The notes under the pieces: generated by a model
Databases searched by the model: none
What the model saw: the letters and a program-made list of their open reading frames with translations, nothing else
Told to the model about the DNA's origin: nothing
Shown here: piece by piece, positions 50,491-59,705 of the stretch
Layout of the letters: every line of letters starts with the position of its first letter
Position numbering within the stretch: the first letter of the stretch is position 1
DNA from: a virus
Lineage: Duplodnaviria; Caudoviricetes
Reading direction: 5' to 3' (one strand)
IMG/VR virus record: IMGVR_UViG_3300029288_005750
Location: 10,813-74,812 of that record
Length of the DNA stretch: 64,000 bases
Program-made: the position numbers and the translations under genes

Positions 50491-51360
50491 TTAATATTTA
50501 ATCATATGTTTATATTTATCCAAATTATTTAAAAGATATTTGGGATAACTTTCATCTATTTCAACTTTTGTTAAATTTCCTCTAAAATATGGGTCAATAT
50601 TTTTATCTATATTTAACTTTATGCTATTTATTACATTGGGATTATTCATTTCTTGAGCCGAAAAGGACTCTATCTTTTTTTTAATTTGTTCTGCTCCCCC
50701 CATATAACTAAAATGCCATCCACCATTTTCTATATTATTATTAATCTGATTTCTTAATTGATTATATGAATAATTTTTTAGTATTTTAAAAGACCCCATT
50801 CTAGACCCTTTCCAATTTTTTTCTTTTAAAATATTAAGATAATAATAATAGCAATTTTGGTCAAATGAATAAAGCTTACTTGAATCAAAAAAAATGTCTA
50901 TATTTTTTAAAATTTCTGGATTTGGAATTTCGTCACAATCAGAAGAAATAATAACATCTTCATCTTTGCAATTTCCAAGTCCACGTCTTATACATTCTTT
51001 CTGAAAAAAATCTCTTCCATAATGATGTTGTGTATGTACATTAAAAGCTGTAGTTTGTTCTTTGATAAATTTATAAATTTCATTTAAATATTCTTCATCT
51101 TTTGTTTTCGGATTTTGAATGATTGGTAAATTAACAAAATCAAATGGAGAATCTTCAATTTTTAGATGAATAATTTTAGGAAGAAACTTTTTAAATCTTT
51201 CTTTATTTTCTTCGAAATAGTATGGTTTTGGTTGTCCTGTATGCGTCACTGATGCCTCTGATATAACAAAATAATCTATATACTCATTTAATATATTCAA
51301 CCGCATTTCTAATAAATCCAACTCATTAAAAAAACAAAAACAATCATATATTTTTCTCAT
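50491..51360 (-). CDS. Glycosyltransferase family 17 (GnT-III-like)
   Basis: IYDCFCFFNELDLLEMRL...THTGQPKP...SDCDEIP...GGWHFSY. Confidence 0.85.
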   Translation of the reverse strand: MRKIYDCFCFFNELDLLEMRLNILNEYIDYFVISEASVTHTGQPKPYYFEENKERFKKFLPKIIHLKIEDSPFDFVNLPIIQNPKTKDEEYLNEIYKFIKEQTTAFNVHTQHHYGRDFFQKECIRRGLGNCKDEDVIISSDCDEIPNPEILKNIDIFFDSSKLYSFDQNCYYYYLNILKEKNWKGSRMGSFKILKNYSYNQLRNQINNNIENGGWHFSYMGGAEQIKKKIESFSAQEMNNPNVINSIKLNIDKNIDPYFRGNLTKVEIDESYPKYLLNNLDKYKHMIKY

Positions 51361-51361
51361 C

Positions 51362-52273
51362 TTATAATATATTTTTAGTTTTATAGTACTCTAAAGCTTG
51401 TTTCTTACATGTTTCATAATCAAATAATTCTCCGCTTCTATCCATATAAGCAAATCCTCTTGTATAAGCATCTCCTGTAGCCCAATATCCATCACTAACA
51501 TTGTGTCTAGCCCAATATTTTGGAGCAATTATTTTATTTGCATAAATATTTAACCAAGCAGCCCACCAACCGAATGTTGAATTTGAAATAATAATCCATT
51601 TTGCCTGATTTACCGCATAAAAATCAAATCCAATGTCTACATGATGTATTGGCATTTGGAAGGGCATATATGAGGTTGCACATTGAATGTCATCTGTGAT
51701 TACTACAAACTTCATATTTGGGTTTAATTTTAACATGTTATTTACTGCATTCTTCCAATATTCTCTTTGCAAGATTACATTTACTAATCCTCTATATTCT
51801 CCTCCCCTAAAATTAATAATACATAAGTTTTCATCTAATACTATTCCTAATTCATTTAACTTTTTGTCATATTCATTTTTATAATTTTTATGAATTTCAA
51901 ACCACTTTTTTATATCTTCTTTCCTATCAATTATATAATCTTCAGATTGAAAAATTCCCCCAAGAGCCCCATTATCTCCTAACAAAATAGTATTGTCTTG
52001 TATTTCATATAAATTTTGATTTAACATTGTTATATTAACATTGTCAATGTGATTGTAATGTGTCCATTTTTCAAAAAAATGGTTTACAATTCCAGACACT
52101 GGTTTCCCAAAATTAACATTCATAAAATACATTTGATTTTTCCCATTAAAATAATCATGAGTAGGACTTGAATTTATTCCCCATTCATATCCTAATTTTT
52201 CAGCAATTGTTCTGCAAACAGCATATTGCCACATATGGTTGCCAAGGTTTCCAGTTAAATTTGTTGTAATCAT
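51362..52273 (-). CDS. Glycosyltransferase family 11 (alpha-1,2-fucosyltransferase-like)
   Basis: GNLGNHMWQYA; FQSEDY; INFRGGEY; IISNSTFGWWAAWLN. Confidence 0.85.
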   Translation of the reverse strand: MITTNLTGNLGNHMWQYAVCRTIAEKLGYEWGINSSPTHDYFNGKNQMYFMNVNFGKPVSGIVNHFFEKWTHYNHIDNVNITMLNQNLYEIQDNTILLGDNGALGGIFQSEDYIIDRKEDIKKWFEIHKNYKNEYDKKLNELGIVLDENLCIINFRGGEYRGLVNVILQREYWKNAVNNMLKLNPNMKFVVITDDIQCATSYMPFQMPIHHVDIGFDFYAVNQAKWIIISNSTFGWWAAWLNIYANKIIAPKYWARHNVSDGYWATGDAYTRGFAYMDRSGELFDYETCKKQALEYYKTKNIL

Positions 52274-52281
52274 ATTTTTAT

Positions 52282-53049
52282 TTAATAATAATAATTTCCA
52301 TCATGAATATAATAATCATTTTTTTTATAGACACAATTATATAATCCGTTTTTTACATGGTGTGCCACCATTCGTTTTTCAAAAGAATTTCCTCCATAAA
52401 TAGGACCATGATAAATTATTTCTGAAAAATTTTCGCCTAAATTATAATCAATTTTTTTTAAATTATCAACATTACCAAAAAAAAGCTGGTCAGTAAAATT
52501 TTCTCTATAGTTGAATAATTCAGTTTCAAATTCTTGTCTTTTAAGTATCCTCGCCCCTTCTATTTGCTCGTGTTTGGCAACTTTTAATCCATTAAATTTC
52601 ATTAGACAATTATTTTTAGTCCAAGCAACCATCGTAGTACTACATTTTGGATTTTTTTCAATTTCATTTATAGAATCACTTATAAATTCATCTCCTATAT
52701 TGATATCCTGCATGCAATCTGCTGCTATATTTAAAACATATGGAGTTTTAACATTTAATAAAGCAACAAAGTATGGCATTGTATAATTGTATCCAAGAGT
52801 GGAAGTATTTATATTTAATTTGAAATATTCTTTTGCCAATTCTTCATAATCTTCAACAAATACAAAGTCAAAGTCAAAATGTTTTTTTAATTCATAAACT
52901 AAATTAAGTATATCTTCCCTGGAAGAAACATTATTTATCGTAATTAATTTATTCTTTAAAAGTGCATTTTTAAAATTAAGAAACCAACTATTTTTATCTA
53001 AAATAACTTTATAATTTCCTTCATATACAATTGTGTGCAGTGTAAACAT
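52282..53049 (-). CDS. Hypothetical, probable GT-A-fold protein
   Basis: Within the glycan operon; YVLNIAAD, FTDQLFFG, SFEKR. Confidence 0.45.
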   Translation of the reverse strand: MFTLHTIVYEGNYKVILDKNSWFLNFKNALLKNKLITINNVSSREDILNLVYELKKHFDFDFVFVEDYEELAKEYFKLNINTSTLGYNYTMPYFVALLNVKTPYVLNIAADCMQDINIGDEFISDSINEIEKNPKCSTTMVAWTKNNCLMKFNGLKVAKHEQIEGARILKRQEFETELFNYRENFTDQLFFGNVDNLKKIDYNLGENFSEIIYHGPIYGGNSFEKRMVAHHVKNGLYNCVYKKNDYYIHDGNYYY

Positions 53050-53054
53050 ATCTA

Positions 53055-53708
53055 TTATATTAAAAAATAATTTTTTGAATATTTTCCATGAAATCCAAAT
53101 GTAATAATCCCTTTATTTTCTTCAATTTCTCTTTCTTTTGAAAATCTTACTGCAACCTCAAGTGGAGCATACTTACATCCTTCTTTTTCAAATAAATGTC
53201 TATTGTGACAAGTAAAAAAACCATCTTCATTATAAAAGCCAAAATAAGATTTCCATTCTAGCTCTAATTCAGTACTCAAAGATAATAATTTTTTACTTCT
53301 TAGGGAAAACCCCCCATTTCCGACTCTAATCAAATTTCCAAAAGGGTCTCTATATGAAAAATTGTCACTAGGCAAAGCCCAAGGTGCTCCAATATAATCA
53401 TATTTAAGGAATTCATCTTCCCATTTATCAGGATTAATAACAAAGCCATCATCTTGAATTATTAATGCAAATTCAGTATTTATATGTTTATATAAATCAT
53501 AAACAATAAATTTACTATATCCATTTAAATCTAATGGGATTATTTTTTCTACTATTATTTTAGAATCAGAGATATCTTTATCTGTAAGTAATTTTACTTC
53601 TTTGAAATCTATACCTCTACAAGAATATTTTAAAGCATTTATTGCTCTTTCTACGTTTACAGAAGTTACACAAACTAATGTTACATTTTCTAACTTTATC
53701 TTTTCCAT
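53055..53708 (-). CDS. DUF5672-like putative glycosyltransferase
   Basis: LIIQDDGFV...YDYIGAPW...VGNGGFSLRSKKLL...NEDGFF...FGFH. Confidence 0.75.
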   Translation of the reverse strand: MEKIKLENVTLVCVTSVNVERAINALKYSCRGIDFKEVKLLTDKDISDSKIIVEKIIPLDLNGYSKFIVYDLYKHINTEFALIIQDDGFVINPDKWEDEFLKYDYIGAPWALPSDNFSYRDPFGNLIRVGNGGFSLRSKKLLSLSTELELEWKSYFGFYNEDGFFTCHNRHLFEKEGCKYAPLEVAVRFSKEREIEENKGIITFGFHGKYSKNYFLI

Positions 53709-54419
53709 TTATTTTTTAAACTTTTTTTTAACATAATTTACCTCAAAGTCTTTTACGTTTTGTGAGACCTCACTACTTACCTGGCCATTCCAAACCCTAT
53801 TTACAACGGTTGGCGTTTTTAAAAAGATGGGGTCTCCAAATTTATCATGCATTCTTTTATAATATTCAACATCCATTAGCCAGAACAATTCTTCATCAAA
53901 AAAAGTATCTAATCCATTCTTTAAAGTCAAAACAGAAGGAGAACTAATTGAGTTTGGCTCCCCAAGATAAATTTCATCATGATAATATGGTTCATGCAAA
54001 TAATATAAGTCTTCTCCAGTTTTACTATGATAACATGTACTAACAAGCCATTTCTTTTCACCATCATTTTCAAAAGCATTTACTGTATTTAAAATAGAGT
54101 TTTCATCTAACAAAAAATCATCTTGAAATAGTATTTTTATATATTTTGAATTCTTATCCACTTTAGATAATGCATAATTTAAATTAGAAGATGATATTCT
54201 TTTCGTTCTGCTATTAAACACATATTCTATATCCAAATCATTAGCCCATTCTAAGACTTTATCTATATTTTGTAAATTTTTTGATTGGTCTGAAATTAAA
54301 ACTTTTATATTTTTATAACTTTGAGCTTGAATTTTTTTAAATGAAAAATCTAAAAATTCATGTCCTTTGTTTTTCATTTCATAACAAGGGATAACTATTG
54401 TAATTAATGGCTCCATCAT
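53709..54419 (-). CDS. Glycosyltransferase family 2
   Basis: TIVIPCYE; ISDQS; IKILFQDDFL; FDEELFWLMDVEYY. Confidence 0.8.
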   Translation of the reverse strand: MMEPLITIVIPCYEMKNKGHEFLDFSFKKIQAQSYKNIKVLISDQSKNLQNIDKVLEWANDLDIEYVFNSRTKRISSSNLNYALSKVDKNSKYIKILFQDDFLLDENSILNTVNAFENDGEKKWLVSTCYHSKTGEDLYYLHEPYYHDEIYLGEPNSISSPSVLTLKNGLDTFFDEELFWLMDVEYYKRMHDKFGDPIFLKTPTVVNRVWNGQVSSEVSQNVKDFEVNYVKKKFKK

Positions 54420-54520
54420 TTAAACAATTTTTCTTTTAATTCAATTAATTTTATTTTTTCTTTATTTTTCATGTTTTTAAGCTCTAACCAGTCTTTTCTC
54501 ATGTCATACAATAATGGGTT
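54416..54520 (-). pseudogene. Orphan 3' remnant of a paralogous glycosyltransferase
   Basis: Alternative frame NPLLYDMRKDWLELKNMKNKEKIKLIELKEKLFK* aligns ungapped to the end of 54504..55433 (11/34 identical); its TGA overlaps the next ATG (ATGA). Confidence 0.65.
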
Positions 54521-55433
54521 TATGAGAAAAATTTTCTTTTTGAATATTTAAAAGTTTAAATCTTTCTTTCTTTGTCATTCCTCGAAACTGTATCATATAA
54601 TTTTCCATTTCATACATTAACGGATTTGTCATATTTGTTGGAGGATGCCACATATGAAATATGTCTATTGATGGGTTGTCAGAATAATTTATTTCTCCTA
54701 CAACAGTAATAATTTTATCCCAAAACATTTGGTCTTCTGCAGCATAGCCAAAAAATATTTGTGAATCAAATCCCCCAACCTCGTAATATAAATTTCTTTC
54801 AACAAATATAGAACCACCTTTTGACCCCAACGCTGGCTGTCCAGCATACATTGGCAATTTTATACCTGGAGTTTTTTCTTCCAAAGTGTTAATATTAATC
54901 TTTTTATTAATTACTTTTTTAGTCAGCTCCTCAGATAAATACAATACCCGTCTTTTCCCGTAAGGCTGTATACATTTTGAATTGTTGAGATTTTTAAAGA
55001 GCTCTTCAAAAAAATTTTCTTTAACTAAAATATCAACATCATGTAATAAATAGTATTTTGCTTTATTAGAATATTTAACTCCAAAATTATATGCAAAACT
55101 TCTATTATATTGCTCTATTATATTACCTGGAGTCCACAAATAATTAACTATACCTTCTAATTGAGACTTACATTCTGAGATTTTACTGTGTTCTACAAAA
55201 GTTAAACAAAAAGATTTTGATTCTTTGGGTATAATAAATTTATTGTTATAATATGAAAATGATTTTTTAAAAGATTCTATTATTGGTATCAAAAATTCTT
55301 TTCTGCTTCTAAATCCAATAATTACATTAACATCAAACTCTGAATTATTAATCAAAGATATGTATGATTTCTCTTTTATTTCTTCATAAGAAAAATGATT
55401 TTTTTCAATAGCTTCAAAAATATTATTTATCAT
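54504..55433 (-). CDS. GT2/GT7-like glycosyltransferase (galactosyltransferase C-terminal motif)
   Basis: YNRSFAYNFGV; LLHDVD; GGFDSQIFFGYAAEDQMF; HMWHP; start placed at MINNIF. Confidence 0.75.
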   Translation of the reverse strand: MINNIFEAIEKNHFSYEEIKEKSYISLINNSEFDVNVIIGFRSRKEFLIPIIESFKKSFSYYNNKFIIPKESKSFCLTFVEHSKISECKSQLEGIVNYLWTPGNIIEQYNRSFAYNFGVKYSNKAKYYLLHDVDILVKENFFEELFKNLNNSKCIQPYGKRRVLYLSEELTKKVINKKININTLEEKTPGIKLPMYAGQPALGSKGGSIFVERNLYYEVGGFDSQIFFGYAAEDQMFWDKIITVVGEINYSDNPSIDIFHMWHPPTNMTNPLMYEMENYMIQFRGMTKKERFKLLNIQKENFSHKPIIV

Positions 55434-56412
55434 TTTGTTTATATTTAAAATAGAACTCTCCTCTGATTTTATTTCCAAGACAACTTTTTCTAATAGTAGT
55501 TTTACTATTTTTTAAACTAATTGCGGCTAATCTTAAACTTTCCCATATTTTTACTTTTTCCCCGTTTAAGTTATATTGAATTACTTGTTTATTGCTTTTT
55601 TTAATACATGGAATTTTTATTTTTAGTGCTATTTTTTTAGATTTTTTATATATCCAATAAAATCCGCCAGACCTTTTCGACCTTCCCAAACAAACTTGTC
55701 CTATCCTATTAATATTTATCTTTAAAACAAAATTAATGACTTTGGCACTACTCCATTCTTTTAAAAAATTACCATTAGTATCATATTGCAATATGGGATT
55801 GGAACACAAACTTTTAAACTCACTATGTTTTATTTTTTTGTTTTTATTCATAATAGATGATTTAAACCTCCAAACAAATCCAGCAGATGTTTTTATTCTT
55901 CCACAGCAGCAATTGCTTATTCCAGAAATTAAAGTATTTAAAAATAATGCTGCAGCACTTATGCTTTCCCATTCTTTTATAAAATTACCATTTAAATCAT
56001 ACTGATAAATTGGTTTTAATTTAACTGTTTCGTTATAAACCTTCATTCTATCATTTTTAAAACCAAAATTATTTCTAGCTGACCTGCATAAATTATATCC
56101 TAATTTTTCAAATTTATTATTTTTTTCATTTGCAAACAAAATAGAATTTAAACAAAGTTGTTCTTCATTAATTAAGACTTTTGCAAATTTTAATTTTGAT
56201 TTTTTTTTGTCATAAGGAATATTTTTAAGTATTTCAAATATAAAATTATCTTCGCCATATTTATTCCAAGCCTTTTGAAGTTTTTGATTGTCATGATTAT
56301 TATTTCTCAACTTCTTTAAGTGATATTTAAATCTTGTTTTAAAATTACAAGTGCTCCCTATATATAATTTTGAATTAATTATGTTTTTAATTATATAAAT
56401 GCCAGATTCCAT
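55423..56412 (-). mobile_element. Free-standing GIY-YIG homing endonuclease with three NUMOD1-like repeats
   Basis: SGIYIIKN...LYIGST...R...H; FIFEIL; GYN; repeats IYQYDLNGNFIKEWES / ILQYDTNGNFLKEWSS / VIQYNLNGEKVKIWES. Confidence 0.9.
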
Positions 56413-56441
56413 TTTTGTTTTAATCTATTCATTAATAAATA

Positions 56442-56489
56442 TTATAATAAATTTTTCATCTTTTCATTAATTTCTTTTAAAGTTTTCAT
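56442..56489 (-). pseudogene. Possible 5' stub of the displaced resident gene (15 aa)
   Basis: MKTLKEINEKMKNLL*, ATG overlapping the upstream GT2 stop (TAATG); ends immediately before the TATTTATT that precedes the GIY-YIG gene. Confidence 0.4.
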
Positions 56490-57292
56490 TAATAATTTTC
56501 TATTTGTTTAAAAGCTGGTTTTTTTAAAACTTCTTGATGGATTTCCCATTGAAGTTGTTGTCTTACTTTATCATCTGAAATTGGATTATCTCTGTTATAT
56601 ATATAAAGAGATTTATCATTATATTTTGTTTTCTCATATCCAGAAATTTCCATTATAGGATACATAATAGCGACATCATAAGTACAACGATAAAATTCCT
56701 CGTTTTTATCTTTCATACAAGAAAAATTGGGGTCTTGTTTTTCAATTGCATGATAAACTCCGGCTCTAAAAGTTCTAATATGAGAAACATAAAAAGGAAG
56801 TTTTCTCATTAAAGAAAATTCTTCTTTACTTTTATATGGTTGTGCAATTCCTCTTCTACCATCCGTCCAGCTAGCTTGTCCATACATTATCCAGCAATCA
56901 TTTTTACAATAAAATTCATTGATATATTGAAGTACTTTATTGTTTGGTAGCCAATCATCCCCATCTAATAGAACAACAATATCATGTGGTTGACAATACT
57001 CCATTATAACTTTATGTATATTTGGCAAAGCAGTTACATTAACTTGATTTTTGACACAGATTGCCTTTTGGTCATTATGGGGCAATTTATCCCAAGAATC
57101 GTCTGTAGAAGCATCATCAATAAAAATTGTTTTAAAATTATCATATTTTTGTGTAATAACCGAACTTACACATCTTTCTATAAACTTAGATGCATTATAA
57201 AATGGTACTATTATTTTAATAGGCAATTTATCATATTCTATAGGAGTATATCCTGGGGGAACAAAAAAAGGAGGTAATGCTGATATTGACAT
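56489..57292 (-). CDS. Glycosyltransferase family 2
   Basis: IIVPFYNA; IFIDDASTD; LLDGDDWL. Confidence 0.88.
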   Translation of the reverse strand: MSISALPPFFVPPGYTPIEYDKLPIKIIVPFYNASKFIERCVSSVITQKYDNFKTIFIDDASTDDSWDKLPHNDQKAICVKNQVNVTALPNIHKVIMEYCQPHDIVVLLDGDDWLPNNKVLQYINEFYCKNDCWIMYGQASWTDGRRGIAQPYKSKEEFSLMRKLPFYVSHIRTFRAGVYHAIEKQDPNFSCMKDKNEEFYRCTYDVAIMYPIMEISGYEKTKYNDKSLYIYNRDNPISDDKVRQQLQWEIHQEVLKKPAFKQIENY

Positions 57293-57294
57293 AA

Positions 57295-58095
57295 TTATAT
57301 TTTTTTAAATTTAAATTCTATTTCTTGATGGCATCCAATTATATTTGAAAAATCTATAGATTCATAATTTATAATTTCATTATTTAAGTATTTATCATTT
57401 AATTCTTTTACTGATAAATTATATTTATCCCCTTTTCTATTGGGATGAGTTTCATTTACAATATTATTTGGAGAATTAACTAAACAACTGCGTTTATAAG
57501 CCACCATTATTTCTTTAGGAAAGTTATCAAAAACTTGTAAATTTCCTTCTAGTGTGTTTGGGTTATGGAAATTTATAGCTTTAACTAATTTTTTTATTTC
57601 TTTTGTTCTAAATGTGTGACCATCAACGGAAAGCGGATATCCGAAATCTGCATAGCTTTTTGACCAATTCCACCAAACAAATTTTTGGTCTTGATTATTT
57701 GGGACAAGGACATTATCACACTTCATAGTGTAACAATAAGTTACATTGAATCCAAGTCTAAAACTAAAACAAAATACATTAATATCCTTTAAACATTTAA
57801 CTATATCATCTTCTTCAACTGTATTATATATAATATCGTCATCTGTAAAAAAACAAGTATATTCTAATTCTGTTTCCATTAGTTCTAAAGTTTGTTCTTT
57901 AAAATCAATCTCCTCAATCCAATTTATTTTTTGAAATCTTTCTTTTAATAAAAAATATGATTTTTTAAATTCTTCATTAGAATATCTATATAAAATATTA
58001 ATATTAAATATATTTTGTGCATTTCTTTCGATTGATTCTAATAAAAGGTGTAATTGAGGAGCTCTATCAAAGCTAAAGATTATTGCATTTATCAT
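57295..58095 (-). CDS. Putative GT-A-fold glycosyltransferase
   Basis: IIFSFDRAPQLHLLLES; FFTDDDI DxD; start placed at MINAII. Confidence 0.6.
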   Translation of the reverse strand: MINAIIFSFDRAPQLHLLLESIERNAQNIFNINILYRYSNEEFKKSYFLLKERFQKINWIEEIDFKEQTLELMETELEYTCFFTDDDIIYNTVEEDDIVKCLKDINVFCFSFRLGFNVTYCYTMKCDNVLVPNNQDQKFVWWNWSKSYADFGYPLSVDGHTFRTKEIKKLVKAINFHNPNTLEGNLQVFDNFPKEIMVAYKRSCLVNSPNNIVNETHPNRKGDKYNLSVKELNDKYLNNEIINYESIDFSNIIGCHQEIEFKFKKI

Positions 58096-58182
58096 TATTT
58101 TGTTTTTTTTTATATTTATTATAAAGATAATAAAAAAAAAGAAAATTTTCAAATATTTATTAAAAAATAACTCTTTAGAAAT

Positions 58183-58638
58183 ATGAAAAAAATTAAAATT
58201 AGCGAAAAAGAAATTAAACAAGATATCTTAAACGAAGCTTTAGTCATTAAAAGAAAAAAAGAACTTTTTAAAGAAGCTCAAAAAATAAATGAAGAACTTA
58301 AGCAATTAAATGAATATGGGCATCCAGGTGTAATGTCAGGATATGGATTTAAAGATTATACTGGACCAAGTCCAGTTATAGGTTTAGTAACACCTTCAAA
58401 TTATGAGGAAAAAAAGCCAGAAGAATGTGGATGTAAATTAGACCAATTTCCAAAATTAGAAAAGGATATAGAAGAGTTTGGCGGAGATGAAAATGATGTT
58501 TCTCCAGAAACTTCTATAGATACTAATGAAGTACAAGTGCTAAAAAGTGAGGTCGAAGAATTAAAAAGCAAATTAGCACAATTTGAAGAAAAGATTGGGT
58601 CTTTAAATGAAGCAATGTCTGATAAATTAAAAAAATAA
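58183..58638 (+). CDS. Hypothetical acidic/coiled-coil protein (possible head protein)
   Basis: MKKIKISEKEIKQDILNE; upstream TATTTATT at 58154-58161. Confidence 0.5.
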   Translation: MKKIKISEKEIKQDILNEALVIKRKKELFKEAQKINEELKQLNEYGHPGVMSGYGFKDYTGPSPVIGLVTPSNYEEKKPEECGCKLDQFPKLEKDIEEFGGDENDVSPETSIDTNEVQVLKSEVEELKSKLAQFEEKIGSLNEAMSDKLKK

Positions 58639-58694
58639 AAAATAATAATTTCATTTTTTTTTTACTATTTATAAAAAACTTAAAATTCAAAGTT

Positions 58695-59438
58695 ATGGGA
58701 AAAATAGAAATTTCTAAAGAAGAAATTAAACAAATCATAAAAGAAGAATATTCTAAAAAAATTACTGAAATAAAATTAAAAGATAAATTACGCCAAATCG
58801 ATGAAGAAATACAAAAAATAGTTTCTGAAGATATGGAAGAAGGTCTTGAAGAAGTAAAAACAGGTGGACAAACTACAACTGTTGGTCCTGATGGAATAAC
58901 AAAAGCTAAAAAGTGGGAGCCTGAATTTCAAAAAAAAGGTAGTCATTTAGTAGAAGATGATGCTACAGAAATTTCTTCTGAAGACTTACCTAGTGATACT
59001 CCTGATGATGAGCCATTACCTGACGAAAATTTATCTGACAATGATGAAGCTAAGGAAAACCTTGATATTGAAGAAATTTTAGCAAAATTGGCAGATGCAA
59101 TAGAACAAAAAATTGATTCTACTGTTGAGGAAAAAGTAGGAGGAGAAGAAGGTAAAGAAGAAATTCCAGTTACTGACGAAATCCAAACTGATGAAAATCC
59201 AGATACAGAAGAAGGTATTGATGAAAAAAAAGAAACATGTAAAGAAGGATGTGCTGAAGAAGGCGTTGTAAAAGAACAAGATGGAACAAGCGTAGCACAA
59301 GAACAAAAGCCAAAAGATGCAATTCCTTTTGACAATGGCAAAGCTGAAATTCCCAAAACAGGACAATTGGTGAGCGAATCTACAAAAAAGAGAATGCAAA
59401 TTCTTTCTGGAATCAAAAAAAATGATTTTAATGATTAA
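58695..59438 (+). CDS. Highly acidic hypothetical protein (possible prohead core/scaffold)
   Basis: MGKIEISKEEIKQIIKEE; E/D-rich; C-terminal RMQILSGI; TATTTATA at 58666-58673. Confidence 0.5.
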   Translation: MGKIEISKEEIKQIIKEEYSKKITEIKLKDKLRQIDEEIQKIVSEDMEEGLEEVKTGGQTTTVGPDGITKAKKWEPEFQKKGSHLVEDDATEISSEDLPSDTPDDEPLPDENLSDNDEAKENLDIEEILAKLADAIEQKIDSTVEEKVGGEEGKEEIPVTDEIQTDENPDTEEGIDEKKETCKEGCAEEGVVKEQDGTSVAQEQKPKDAIPFDNGKAEIPKTGQLVSESTKKRMQILSGIKKNDFND

Positions 59439-59454
59439 TTAAATAAAATAAAAG

Positions 59455-59479
59455 AAAACCGCTTAATAGCGGTTTTTTT
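59455..59479 (+). terminator. Intrinsic terminator
   Basis: AAAACCGCT-taat-AGCGGTTTTTTT between convergent genes. Confidence 0.8.
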
Positions 59480-59501
59480 ATTTTAACAAAATCGTATAAT
59501 A

Positions 59502-59672
59502 TTAATTTTCTTTTAAAAGTTCTCTTCCGTCTTCAGTAAGGACTTTAACTTCTTCTCTTTCCATTAATCCATCTTGATTAATAGATATTTTTTTAGGTTG
59601 TTTTTTTACAGGTTCCACAATTTTTTGTGGGTCTATTAAACCATTCCCCCTGTTTTCTTTATTATTTTCCAT
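59502..59672 (-). CDS. Small hypothetical protein (56 aa)
   Basis: Not in ORF track; MENNKENRGNGLIDPQKIVEPVKKQPKKISINQDGLMEREEVKVLTEDGRELLKEN; TATTTATA at 59696-59703. Confidence 0.7.
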   Translation of the reverse strand: MENNKENRGNGLIDPQKIVEPVKKQPKKISINQDGLMEREEVKVLTEDGRELLKEN

Positions 59673-59705
59673 AAATTTTTAATTTAATTTTTTATTATAA
59701 ATATC

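Noticed and set aside
55423-56412. GIY-YIG ORF as part of a group I intron
   Set aside because: Only ~30 nt separate it from the upstream stub and it overlaps the downstream gene; no room for a ribozyme core
6737-58221. Long hydrophobic N-terminal extensions given by the ORF track (6737, 34723, 58221, 48303, 55478)
   Set aside because: They come from upstream TTG/ATG in poly-A/T intergenic DNA or overlaps; downstream ATGs fit promoter position and domain starts better
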